64,000 nucleotides of DNA from Chloroflexota bacterium. GTDB taxonomy: Bacteria; Chloroflexota; Dehalococcoidia; CAUJGQ01. The stretch spans positions 65,289 to 129,288 of the forward strand of contig DAINSK010000004.1 of NCBI GenBank assembly GCA_036741355.1. The letters are read 5' to 3'. Under the pieces are notes generated by a model. The model saw nothing but the letters and a program-made list of their open reading frames with translations. It did no database searches and was not told the DNA's origin. The number at the start of each line of letters is the position of its first letter. The first letter of the stretch is position 1. Of this stretch, positions 18,761 to 27,761 are shown piece after piece. The position numbers and the translations under genes are program-made.

Positions 18761-19774
18761 GTGAAGATCAAGCGCATTGGCCGCACAGGGCTCAAGGTTT
18801 CGGAGATCTGCCTTGGAACCATGACGTTTGGGAACCAGTGCGACCAGTCGACGAGTTTCGCGATCATGGACCGCGCCGACCTGGGTGGCGTCAACTTTTT
18901 GGACACCGCCGACGTCTATCCGCTTGGCGGCGGTCCAGGCCTTGCCGGCAGGACTGAAGAGTTTGTCGGCGAGTGGATAAAACAGCGGGGCGCCCGCAAC
19001 CGCATCGTCCTTGCGACCAAATGTCGCGGCCAGATGGGCCGCGGCGCCAACGACGTCGGCCTTTCACGCAAACACATCATGGACGCGGTCGAAGGAAGCC
19101 TCCGCCGGCTGCAGACCGATTGCATCGACCTCTATCAGACGCACGGGCCCGACCCCGAGACGCCGATCGACGAGACGATGCGGGCGCTCGACGACCTCGT
19201 ACGCTCGGGCAAGGTGCGCTATATCGGGTGTTCAAACTATCGCGCCTATGAGCTGGCCAAGGCTCTATGGACGAGCGACAAGCTCGGCATCGCGCGCTAC
19301 GACTGCATACAGCCTCGCTACAACATCCTCTATCGCGAAATAGAAAGCGAAATTCTGCCGCTCTGCGCCCAGGAAGGTGTCGGCGTCATCTGCTACAACC
19401 CCCTGGCCGGTGGTTTCCTTACCGGCAAGTACCAGAAAGGCCAGGACATCGTGGAGGGAACGCGTTTTGCGCTTGGAAACCAGGCGGGGAGGCGTTACCA
19501 GGAGCGTTACTGGCACGAGGCGCAGTTCGAGGCGGTGGAAGAGCTTAAGCAAGTGGTGGACGCGCACGGCCTGTCACTGCCGCAGGTCGCGGTCGCCTGG
19601 GTGCTGCGGAACCCCACGGTCACCTCCGCGATCGTCGGGGCAACATCGCCTGGTCAGCTCGATCAGACGCTATCCTCCACGGACATAGCGCTGAGCGATG
19701 AAGTTCGCGATGCCTGTGCGTCAGCGTGGTACAATCTGCCTCGCCCGCGCGACCCTGCCGTGGCGCTGCGTTAG
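18761..19774 (+). CDS. Aldo/keto reductase (Tas-like NADP-dependent oxidoreductase)
   Basis: GTG start with GAGGAGG RBS. KIKRIGRTGLKVSEICLGTMTFG...DTADVY motifs. 337 aa. Confidence 0.9.
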   Translation: MKIKRIGRTGLKVSEICLGTMTFGNQCDQSTSFAIMDRADLGGVNFLDTADVYPLGGGPGLAGRTEEFVGEWIKQRGARNRIVLATKCRGQMGRGANDVGLSRKHIMDAVEGSLRRLQTDCIDLYQTHGPDPETPIDETMRALDDLVRSGKVRYIGCSNYRAYELAKALWTSDKLGIARYDCIQPRYNILYREIESEILPLCAQEGVGVICYNPLAGGFLTGKYQKGQDIVEGTRFALGNQAGRRYQERYWHEAQFEAVEELKQVVDAHGLSLPQVAVAWVLRNPTVTSAIVGATSPGQLDQTLSSTDIALSDEVRDACASAWYNLPRPRDPAVALR

Positions 19775-19938
19775 GGCGGACACTGGCTGCGGGCGATTTC
19801 ATCTTCGCGGGCTCGAGTGTGCTCGTCCGTCGTCGGAAGCCATGCAAACAAGTAAATCGTATCACCTGACGGCGGCTTCGTTGCGGCACGCGTGCAACCA
19901 GTCCGGACCCATCCCAGAACCCGTGGTACCATCCCGTC

Positions 19939-20802
19939 ATGCCGTCCGAAAGCAGGCGCGCCGCAGCAAGTCACGGCGTTCAGCTCAGTCCAAAGCCGAT
20001 AGCTATGGTTGCCGCTCTGTTGCTGATCCTGTTCGCCGGGCCGACATGCGGATCGAGTTCCAATCAGAAACCACCCGCCAACAAGAACGCGGCCCGACCG
20101 CGGATCACGGTCGCCCCTTCCGCCGCAAACGGCGACATCGTTGCCCGCCCGCCGGGCGGTGAAACGGCCGCCGCAGGGTTTGTCCCCAGCTCTCCAACGC
20201 CGGCTGCTACCTGCGGGCCAGGAGACCTGTTGCGGCAGGTGTCCAAAGACGCCGCGTTACCGGCCGACTACGTGCCCCCGGACCTGGTGATGCTCCAGCC
20301 AATCGATGCGTCGCCGAACCTCACAGGATCGTTGATGCTGCGGCGCGAAGCCGAGCAGGCGATTCACCGCCTGCTGGATCAAGCGAGGGCGAACAACCTT
20401 AGCATCGTGGTCCAATCTTCCTATCGCGGTTACCAAGACCAGGCGAAGGTCTACCAATCAGAAGTGCAAAACTTTGGCCAGGCGCAGGCGGACCGCGAGA
20501 GCGCCCGCCCCGGGCACAGCGAGCACCAATTGGGGCTAGCCGTGGATTTCAGCTCGAAGCGCTTGAACTACGACCTGAATGACTCATTCGCGGCGACTCC
20601 GGAAGGAAAGTGGTTGCAGCAAAACGCGACGCAGGCCGGCATCGTGCAGAGTTATCCGGAAGGCCAGGAGCCGGTGACCGGCTACATGTATGAGCCCTGG
20701 CACTACCGGTACATCGGCGTTGAGGCCGCGCAGGCCTTTGCCAGGTCGGGGCAGACGTTGACCGAGTGGCTGTTCGGCCGCCAGCTCGGTTGCCACGCCT
20801 GA
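19939..20802 (+). CDS. M15B-family D-alanyl-D-alanine carboxypeptidase (VanY-like) lipoprotein
   Basis: Signal/lipobox (LFAGPTCG). SYRGYQDQ, SEHQLGLAVD and EPWHYRY motifs of VanY-type zinc peptidases. Confidence 0.8.
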   Translation: MPSESRRAAASHGVQLSPKPIAMVAALLLILFAGPTCGSSSNQKPPANKNAARPRITVAPSAANGDIVARPPGGETAAAGFVPSSPTPAATCGPGDLLRQVSKDAALPADYVPPDLVMLQPIDASPNLTGSLMLRREAEQAIHRLLDQARANNLSIVVQSSYRGYQDQAKVYQSEVQNFGQAQADRESARPGHSEHQLGLAVDFSSKRLNYDLNDSFAATPEGKWLQQNATQAGIVQSYPEGQEPVTGYMYEPWHYRYIGVEAAQAFARSGQTLTEWLFGRQLGCHA

Positions 20803-20815
20803 TCCGCGAGTCGGA

Positions 20816-23800
20816 TTAGGCGCCCTTCTCGAAACGAAGGATGGTCTGGCCGAGCGCCAATTTGGCGCCGTCAGCTAGCTCAGCCGGCTCTGTAAGCAGT
20901 TCGCCGTCCAGCGTCGTGCCGTTGCTGCTGCCACTGTCGGTCACCGTGTAGCTTCCCGATGAGCCGCGATCGATGCGGGCATGAAAACCTGATACTCTGC
21001 GGTCCGCCATGACGATGTCGTTGCTCGGGTGCCGGCCGATGCCCGTGAACTCATCGTTCAAAGTGTACGCGCGGCCCGCATTCTCGCCTTCCAGTACCAG
21101 GAGCCGAGCCCGACGCCGCGTCCACGGCGCGGCCACCATTGCTGCGCTCGCGTCGCTGCGGCCGGTAAGATCCGGCTCCGCCAGTCTTGCGCCAGCCGTA
21201 TGAAAGGCCGCTCCCGCCTCGTCCGTCGAAGCGCTCGTTACCCCCGGCGTCGTCGGGCCGATCGCGTGCGAAGCTTCGCGATCGGCCGCCGCCTGCTCGA
21301 TCGTCTGGCGCATTCCTGGAATAGACTGCAGCAGCGTCCGAAAGTCCTGTTGGTCCAGGGCATAGACGGTGACCGACGTGCGCGCGCGGACGGTCGCGGT
21401 CCGTGGGACGTCGTACATCAGGGCAATTTCACCGAAGTAGTCGCCGGAGCGCAGGACGACGAGGATCCGTCCGGTGGCACCAGAGTCCTGGGTAAGCACC
21501 TCTGCTTCGCCGGAAACGACCAGGTACAGCTTGTCTCCCGCCTCACCCGCCCTGACGATATTTGACCCTACCTCGAATCGCTCCGTGGTCAGACGCGACG
21601 CAAGTCGGGACAGTTGATCGCCGTTCAGTCTCGCGAATATCGGCACGCGACGAAGGTATTCGATCTCCAGCGCCATGCGCAGCACGCCGTCCGTCGTGCC
21701 CCCGCTTTGCTCCTCGTAGAGTCGGGCGTAGAGGCCGCCGGAGGTGAGCAGTTCCGCGTGGGTTCCTTCTTCCATCAACCTGCCGCGGTCGAGGACGTAG
21801 ATACGGTCGGCCGTCGCCGCGGCAGCGAGACGGTGCGTCACGCTGATCGTCGTACGGCCTCGGGCCAGTGAAGCTAGCGTGTGGTTGATCGCGTTCTCGG
21901 TGCGTGGGTCGAGCGCCGAGGTCGCCTCGTCGAGCACCAGGACGCTGGGATTGCGCAGGATGGCGCGCGCGATCGACAGCCGCTGGCGCTGTCCGCCGGA
22001 AAGGTTGGAGCCGCGCTCGCCGACGACAGTATCGTAGCCTTGGGGCATGTTCGTGATGAACTCGTGTACCTCCGCCGCCCTGGCCGCCGCGTCTACCTCC
22101 TGGTCGGTCGCGTCCTCACGTCCAAAGCGGATGTTTTCGCGAACGGAGCGGTTGAAGAGGAAATTCTCCTGGAACACCAGCCCCATCTGACCGCGCAAAG
22201 AATCGATCGACAGGTCACGTGCATCTGCGCCGTCCATGCGCACGGACCCGCGGTCCGCGTCATAAAAACGCAGTATCAGGTTGGTAACCGTACTTTTACC
22301 ACTTCCGGAAGGCCCCACGAACGCGACCGAGGCACCGGCCGGAATGGTGAAGCTGACGTCTTCGAGTTGTGGCTCGCCGCCGGTATAACTGAATGTGACG
22401 TTTTCAAAGGTGATTCCCTGGCGCAGCGGGCCCATTTCGCGGGAGTCGGGCCGATCCGCTACCGCTGGCTCGGCGTTGAGGAGTTCGGTCACCCGGTCCA
22501 TCGCACCGGACGCCTGCTGTAACGACTGGGCAACACCGCTCAAACTCTGTGCGGGCGCGATCAGCCCTCCGAGCAGCGACAGGAACGCGACCAACGCGCC
22601 GAGCGATAGCTGGCCCTGGATTACATAATAACCGCCGACGCCGAACGCGAGTACCTGGATCAGGGTCGTCAGGAGGCTGGCGGAGAGGCCGAACAGCGAC
22701 CCGAGGAAGGTCAGGCGGATGGCGCTTTTGTAGAGCCCGGCCGTCTGGTCCATCCATTCGCGCAAAAACGATCGCTTGAGTCCGTAGGCTCGAATGACCG
22801 GTTGGGCGGTGACGTTTTCCTGAAGAACGGTTGTCACGTCCGAAAGTCGCTCTTGCCGGTCGCGGCTGGCGCGAGACGCGGGCGGGCCAAGGAATCGGGT
22901 GATCAGGTAGAAAAACGGCAGTGCGACAAGCGCGATAACCGTCAGCTTCCAATCGAGATACAGGAGCGACGCGAGGCTGGCGAGGAAGGTCAGCACCAGC
23001 ACCAGCCCTTGCAGCAGGGCGCCGGTGAGTGCGAATTCGACCGCAAACAGGTCGTTCGACATGCGCGACAGGATGTCGCCGGTCCCTGTCTTGCTATAGT
23101 AGCCGGCAGATAGATCCTGGAGCTTCGCAAACATCTGGCGCCGCATGTCACGCAAGACGCCTTCGCCGATCTCGGCGCTCAGGTAGGTTTCCCGCAGCGA
23201 GGCCAGCCCCATCACGAAGAACAGGATCAGCCCCGCTACCAGCATCTTCACCAAGAGCGAGGTGTCTTTCTTGGTAGTGAGCGCGTTGTCGATGAGGTAA
23301 CGCTGAGCGTGGGGCAGAAGCTGGCTGAAGATGATACCGAACAAGATGTAGACGATGATCTCGATCTGCTTGCCGCGGTAAGGGCGCAGATAGACCAGCG
23401 ACGTGCGCAGAAAGCGACCGATCCCGCCGACCGATGGCGCGGACTTGCGGAGCGCCTGCTGCCAGCGCTTTTCGAGCGCCTCGAACGTCTGCCCATAGGC
23501 GGCCTTGGCCGTCGCGGCGGGCTGCTGGGGATCGTAGTCCGATAGCAGCTTGAGGAAACCCTCCGGCCCGCGGTCGGAGATCAACCACCCCACAAATGAC
23601 GTGGAGGCGGCGTCGTAGATCTGTGCGTTCGCCTCACTCGGACCCGCAAACAGCGGCGCAATTTCGAGCGGCATTCCGGAAGCTTTCGCTCCCGCCAGCA
23701 TGAGCGAAAGCTGTTCGGGGGGCGGCACGAGCCCCATGATTTGACCGAAAACGCCTACGAGTCCGTCGAGCAAAAACGGCGCGCGCGCGGGATCGCTGCC

Positions 23801-24232
23801 CGTGTGCATCGATAGGAGGAGCCGCACAAACGTACGTTCGAGGTCTATGCCCGGCGCGTCCGATCGGTAGACACTCCATACCTCGCGCTGGGCTGCAACG
23901 ATGTAGCTTCCCGCGGTAAGCGCCTTGCCGGGTTGCGCCGGGTCCTGCAGCACTTCGCCGAGGTAGACAGATATCTGGCCATCGGGCGCGGGAACAGCGA
24001 GAGTCGCGGCCGCGGCATCGATCAGCGCTTCGAGGCGCTGGGCGACGGCCGACGACTGCTGATCTGCGAAAGAGCCGCTCTGCACGAAGATGCGCAAGTG
24101 AGGGGATTGCTCGACGCGCCGCTCAATCGGCCCGCTAACCCCTAAAGGCTCGAAACAGCTTCCGCAAACCAGCGACCCCGGCGGGTTAGGTTGGCCGCAA
24201 GCCGGGCAGCGTCTATCTGATGCCATCGCCAT
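20816..24232 (-). CDS. Multidomain ABC exporter: N-terminal zinc ribbon plus unknown ~260-aa domain, 6-TM ABC membrane domain, ABC ATPase, cyclic-nucleotide-binding domain, C-terminal FHA domain
   Basis: ATG 24232 with GGAGG RBS. CPACGQPNPPGSLVCGSCFEP zinc ribbon. TMD with 6 helices. Walker A GPSGSGKST, signature LSGGQRQR, Walker B LVLDEATSALD. cNMP-binding region (FARLNGDQLSRL...GDYFGEIALM...RTATVRA). C-terminal FHA (YTLNDEFTGIGRHPSNDIVMADRRVSGFHARI...SSNGTTLDGELL). Confidence 0.85.
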   Translation of the reverse strand: MAMASDRRCPACGQPNPPGSLVCGSCFEPLGVSGPIERRVEQSPHLRIFVQSGSFADQQSSAVAQRLEALIDAAAATLAVPAPDGQISVYLGEVLQDPAQPGKALTAGSYIVAAQREVWSVYRSDAPGIDLERTFVRLLLSMHTGSDPARAPFLLDGLVGVFGQIMGLVPPPEQLSLMLAGAKASGMPLEIAPLFAGPSEANAQIYDAASTSFVGWLISDRGPEGFLKLLSDYDPQQPAATAKAAYGQTFEALEKRWQQALRKSAPSVGGIGRFLRTSLVYLRPYRGKQIEIIVYILFGIIFSQLLPHAQRYLIDNALTTKKDTSLLVKMLVAGLILFFVMGLASLRETYLSAEIGEGVLRDMRRQMFAKLQDLSAGYYSKTGTGDILSRMSNDLFAVEFALTGALLQGLVLVLTFLASLASLLYLDWKLTVIALVALPFFYLITRFLGPPASRASRDRQERLSDVTTVLQENVTAQPVIRAYGLKRSFLREWMDQTAGLYKSAIRLTFLGSLFGLSASLLTTLIQVLAFGVGGYYVIQGQLSLGALVAFLSLLGGLIAPAQSLSGVAQSLQQASGAMDRVTELLNAEPAVADRPDSREMGPLRQGITFENVTFSYTGGEPQLEDVSFTIPAGASVAFVGPSGSGKSTVTNLILRFYDADRGSVRMDGADARDLSIDSLRGQMGLVFQENFLFNRSVRENIRFGREDATDQEVDAAARAAEVHEFITNMPQGYDTVVGERGSNLSGGQRQRLSIARAILRNPSVLVLDEATSALDPRTENAINHTLASLARGRTTISVTHRLAAAATADRIYVLDRGRLMEEGTHAELLTSGGLYARLYEEQSGGTTDGVLRMALEIEYLRRVPIFARLNGDQLSRLASRLTTERFEVGSNIVRAGEAGDKLYLVVSGEAEVLTQDSGATGRILVVLRSGDYFGEIALMYDVPRTATVRARTSVTVYALDQQDFRTLLQSIPGMRQTIEQAAADREASHAIGPTTPGVTSASTDEAGAAFHTAGARLAEPDLTGRSDASAAMVAAPWTRRRARLLVLEGENAGRAYTLNDEFTGIGRHPSNDIVMADRRVSGFHARIDRGSSGSYTVTDSGSSNGTTLDGELLTEPAELADGAKLALGQTILRFEKGA

Positions 24233-24276
24233 CGCTGGACCTCCGGTGCATGGCGGCAGTATCTGCTATGCGGAAT

Positions 24277-24624
24277 TCATGCGACAAGCATGTGGGGCCC
24301 ACGGATCCCGATATTTTTCAGCATGCATAAACCACCCATCGAGTGGCCGATGAGCAAGAACCGGGGCAGATCGAGGTGCAGGACCAGCTCAAACACATCT
24401 TCTGCATAGCGTTCGATCGTGTATCCGGTCTTAGCGTGGCTGCTGTCCCCGGCGCCGCGGAGGTCGACGCGAATGATCCGCCAGTCCGCCGGCAGACGCG
24501 GCACGGTCTCGTCCCAATCGCGCATTGAACCGGTGTAGCCATGTACGCGCACGATGACATCGCCGGAACCCTGGCGGTCTTCGTAGTGGAGTACGGTGCC
24601 ATCGCTGGTTGTAAAGGTCGTCAT
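24277..24624 (-). pseudogene. Truncated alpha/beta-hydrolase (N-terminal 115 aa only, nucleophile elbow GHSMGG present, Asp/His part missing)
   Basis: Strong RBS (AAGGAGA) and ATG, HGYTGS and GHSMGG motifs. ORF stops about 20 aa after the nucleophile elbow and no continuation is found in other frames. Confidence 0.45.
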
Positions 24625-24658
24625 GCGAGTCTCCTTTGGCGGTGGTCCCGTAAAATTG

Positions 24659-25561
24659 TCAGTCTACGCGCGGTTGCGCGGACGCAAACGGGTCGCGTCC
24701 GGCCTGAATGCGGTTGGCTACTTCCCGGCTCAACACCGGGTTGGCGGCAACAATCGACCCGTGCCACTTGCGAAGGCCGAGATCCTGGGGCGCTTCGAAC
24801 GCATACAACGGCGTCCAAGGTTGGTCCCGCTCGTCGCGCCGGAGGACGACGCCGTTGCTCTCGAGGATGAGCGAGACGCCGGCCGCTACGTCCCACAGCC
24901 GCGGAATCCAGAAAGCGACGAACGGCAGCGCACCGCAGGATGTGAGTGCCAGTTCGAGCGCAATGCTGCCAAGCGTGCGGACATCTTTGCGACCGCGGAG
25001 CTCCCGCCGCCGTTCGATCTCTGATTGATAGGCGGCCGGCAAATGTGATAGGCGCGCGGGATGCAGGCACGGATCGGCGTCGACCGAGATCGGCTGGCCG
25101 TTCATCCTCGCGCCGCCGGCCTTGCGCGCCGTGAACAACGCCGGACCGCCATCGGGACCCAGCGGCGTGTAGATCGCGCCCGCTATGGGGACCCCGTACC
25201 AGAGCACGCCAATTGACACGCACCACAGCGACAGACCGTTCAGGTAATTTGTGGTGCCGTCTAACGGGTCGATGACCCAGACGATGGGCGTGCGGTCGGG
25301 GCCCGGATCGCGGCCCTCCTCGCCGATGACGCACTCGTCGGGAAATCGGTGTGAGATCTCTCGAAAGAGGAACTCTTCGGCTTCGCGATCGGCTTCACTG
25401 ACGGGGTTGCCGGTGCCGTTGCCCTTATATTCGATGTGTAATGAGCCGCGGGCTCTGGCTGCGAGCCGCTCACCCGCCTCGATGGCCCACTTCCCTGCGC
25501 AAGCCTCGATCTCTTTGAAGAGAGACGTTTCTACCTTGTCCGCCGCGTCCGTCGTCACCAC
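24659..25561 (-). CDS. Inositol monophosphatase family protein (SuhB/ImpA/HisN-like)
   Basis: WVIDPLDGTTNY and related IMPase metal-binding motifs. 300 aa. Confidence 0.85.
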   Translation of the reverse strand: MVTTDAADKVETSLFKEIEACAGKWAIEAGERLAARARGSLHIEYKGNGTGNPVSEADREAEEFLFREISHRFPDECVIGEEGRDPGPDRTPIVWVIDPLDGTTNYLNGLSLWCVSIGVLWYGVPIAGAIYTPLGPDGGPALFTARKAGGARMNGQPISVDADPCLHPARLSHLPAAYQSEIERRRELRGRKDVRTLGSIALELALTSCGALPFVAFWIPRLWDVAAGVSLILESNGVVLRRDERDQPWTPLYAFEAPQDLGLRKWHGSIVAANPVLSREVANRIQAGRDPFASAQPRVD

Positions 25562-25597
25562 TCCACGAGACTCAAACCCAATGTCGCGTCTCGTTTA

Positions 25598-25915
25598 TCA
25601 TGCCACAGTGACCGGTACCCGGCACGATTTGGCGACCTTCGTGGTCATCAGTGCAACCAACGAATGAGCTCCTACCGCATTTGCCGTTTGAGTGCCGGCG
25701 CGTTGCAAGGTAGTTTTGGCGCCCTCAGACGCTTGCCTGGCCTGCGAGACCGCATTGGCCGCCGCCTGGTCTGCTAGTATTGACCAGCCGCGGTTTCGCG
25801 ATCTGAGAAGGGCGTCTACCAGCGTCGTACGGGGTCCGGGGAGAGTGACGGGATGAACACCAACGGCTATGCGCGTCCGGAATTGCTCGCCGAGCCCGAG
25901 TGGCTGGCCGAGCAT
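25598..25915 (-). CDS. Very uncertain small Ala/Gln-rich ORF
   Basis: Protein-like (non-Arg-rich) composition in its C-terminal two-thirds, but the only ATG overlaps the rhodanese 5' end on the opposite strand. Confidence 0.15.
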   Translation of the reverse strand: MLGQPLGLGEQFRTRIAVGVHPVTLPGPRTTLVDALLRSRNRGWSILADQAAANAVSQARQASEGAKTTLQRAGTQTANAVGAHSLVALMTTKVAKSCRVPVTVA

Positions 25916-26683
25916 ATCAACGACGAAACCGTGCGCGTAATCGACTGCGCCACGCTAGATGCTTACCGACGGGCCCATATCACCGGCGCGGTGGGGCTGC
26001 CGGTTCACATCTATATCAAGGATCCCAAGGACGAGACCTTCGTCATGCCGCCCGACCAGTTTGCAGAACTCATGGGCAAGCTTGGGGTCGGGGACGACAC
26101 GACCGTCGTGACCTACGACGATAACAACAGCCTGGTCGCAACTCGCCTCTGGTGGGTGCTGAATTACTACGGCCATACCAAAAGCAAAGTGCTCAACGGC
26201 GGCTGGCACCGCTGGCTGCATGAGGGCAGGGCCATCACCCCCCACGCGGCGCACCCGCAGCCAGCAACCTTCACGCCAACGACCAACGAGGACCTGGTTT
26301 GCGGCCTCGATGACCTCAAGGGGCGCATCGGCAAGGCGGGCGTACAGATCATGGACGTGCGCACCGACGAGGAATGGACGGGTGCGAACGACCGTGGCAA
26401 CAAGCGTAGCGGCCACGTTCCCGGAGCCGTCCACCTCGAATGGCTTAAATTCGTCTCGAAAGACGACCGGCGCGTGTTCCTGCCCGCCGACGATCTGCGG
26501 GCGATGCTAAGAGAGGTTGGCATCACTCCAGAATCGGAAGTCGTCACTTATTGACAGGGAGGCATCCGTGCGGCGCACGGAATGTTTGTGTTGAAGCTGC
26601 TCGGTTGGGACCGCGTCCGCAACTACGATGGCTCGATGCGCGACTGGGCGAACCGCGACGATACGCCGCTGACGGTCGACTAG
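25853..26683 (+). CDS. Two-domain rhodanese (thiosulfate/3-mercaptopyruvate sulfurtransferase) with in-frame TGA at the catalytic Cys position (candidate selenocysteine, otherwise pseudogene)
   Basis: ATG 25853 with GGGGAGAG RBS. N-terminal inactive and C-terminal active rhodanese domains. ...EVVTY-TGA-QGGIRAAHGMFVLKLLGWDRVRNYDGSMRDW... means the UGA (26552-26554) replaces the active-site Cys of the CxGGxR loop. 43 codons continue in frame to TAG 26681-26683. Confidence 0.6.
26561..26590 (+). other. Hairpin 11 nt downstream of the in-frame UGA (possible bacterial SECIS element)
   Basis: GGCAU-CCGUGC-GGC-GCACGG-A-AUGUU: a perfect 6-bp GC-rich stem with GGC loop, extendable by 5 more pairs with one bulge. 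The apical loop lies 18-20 nt after the UGA. Confidence 0.3.
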
Positions 26684-26699
26684 CAGTCAGGCCGGCACG

Positions 26700-27512
26700 A
26701 TGCGGCGCGGCGGCGTACGGTTAACAACCTCGAAATCGGCCCGGTGCTACACTTGTCGCGTGCATAAGTGGCGAGAAATTGGGCTATCTCGGAGGCGCCT
26801 CCTCCTGCTGAACGTGGCCCCGGCTGCGTTCGCCCTGCTTGCCTGTTCGAATGCAAAGCGACTGGCGCTAAAGAACGTCGAGCCGCTCCTTCTTGCTGAA
26901 TTGGCGCTCGCGCCTGCCGATCTCGGCGGGCTCTATGTTGTTGATTCTGATCGCTATCTGGACCAGGACGGCAACAGCGTTTCGGCGCCGAGCAAGAATT
27001 TCATCCGCCAATTACGAGTCAAAGACACGACAGCCGCCGCCAGCCCTGACACCGCGGCCACGGTAATCCTCGTCACGCTGGACGATCAGGGACAGGAGGC
27101 CGCGACCGAGTTCGTCGATGCCGCCGATGACCAGGACGTGGGACCGGCAAATCTGGCCGACTACATTCAGCAGCGGATTCCGGGAAGCCACGACGCCCAC
27201 GCCGAACTGATCGAAGATTTCCCCACCTACGACGATGCTACAGTGGCAAATCGCCTGACCTGGCAGCAGCCGGTTAACGGCGCCGAGCAGACGATGAAGG
27301 CCTATGGCGTCTATATTCGCAGTGGTGGCCTGCTGACGCTGGTAGCGCTACGAGCGCCCGCAGACTCCGAGGGTAACGAGCCGGAAAGCCTTCGTCACCA
27401 AGCCGAAACGGTCGTTCACATACAGGCAGACAAGCTCACATATCCCCCGGCGTCGCGGAACGGACCGCGGACGCGATTCCAATCGACCGGAAACCCGGTG
27501 GATAAGGAGTAG
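26700..27512 (+). CDS. Hypothetical lipoprotein
   Basis: n-region RRR, hydrophobic core and LLAC lipobox. Acidic mature part with no recognisable domain. Start uncertain (ATG 26700 or GTG 26760). Confidence 0.5.
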   Translation: MRRGGVRLTTSKSARCYTCRVHKWREIGLSRRRLLLLNVAPAAFALLACSNAKRLALKNVEPLLLAELALAPADLGGLYVVDSDRYLDQDGNSVSAPSKNFIRQLRVKDTTAAASPDTAATVILVTLDDQGQEAATEFVDAADDQDVGPANLADYIQQRIPGSHDAHAELIEDFPTYDDATVANRLTWQQPVNGAEQTMKAYGVYIRSGGLLTLVALRAPADSEGNEPESLRHQAETVVHIQADKLTYPPASRNGPRTRFQSTGNPVDKE

Positions 27513-27519
27513 CGGGACC

Positions 27520-27756
27520 ATGATCGATGTAAAGCTCATGCCGTTGCTGGCAAAGCGAGCGGCATCGAAAAAAGAGCAGCTGACGGTCGCATTCCACTCG
27601 GGGCTGACGCCTGCAGCTGTGGCCGAGTCCGAAGGCTTTCACGGCGCCGACCTCGATCCGCTGCTCGCGGTGGTCAACGGCAGCCAGGTCGAGCTTGACT
27701 CGCAGCTTGCGGACGGCGACCGTCTCGAGCTGATGATCGGCATCGCGGGAGGCTAG
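27520..27756 (+). CDS. MoaD/ThiS family sulfur-carrier protein (ubiquitin-like, C-terminal Gly-Gly)
   Basis: 78 aa, AAGGAG RBS. ...VAFHSGL...VVNGSQVELDSQLADGDRLELMIGIAGG* is the characteristic beta-grasp carrier ending in GG. Confidence 0.75.
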   Translation: MIDVKLMPLLAKRAASKKEQLTVAFHSGLTPAAVAESEGFHGADLDPLLAVVNGSQVELDSQLADGDRLELMIGIAGG

Positions 27757-27761
27757 CCGGA

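Noticed and set aside
21029-22522. Several 60-213-aa plus-strand ORFs (21029-21565, 21881-22522 and others)
   Set aside because: All lie antisense within the 3.4-kb ABC exporter gene.
26552-26554. Treating the TGA as a simple stop (rhodanese 25853-26554 as in the ORF track)
   Set aside because: The stop falls exactly on the catalytic Cys codon and the downstream 43 codons stay in frame with conserved rhodanese sequence. A truncated 233-aa product would lack the active site, so the locus is annotated as Sec-candidate or nonsense pseudogene instead.
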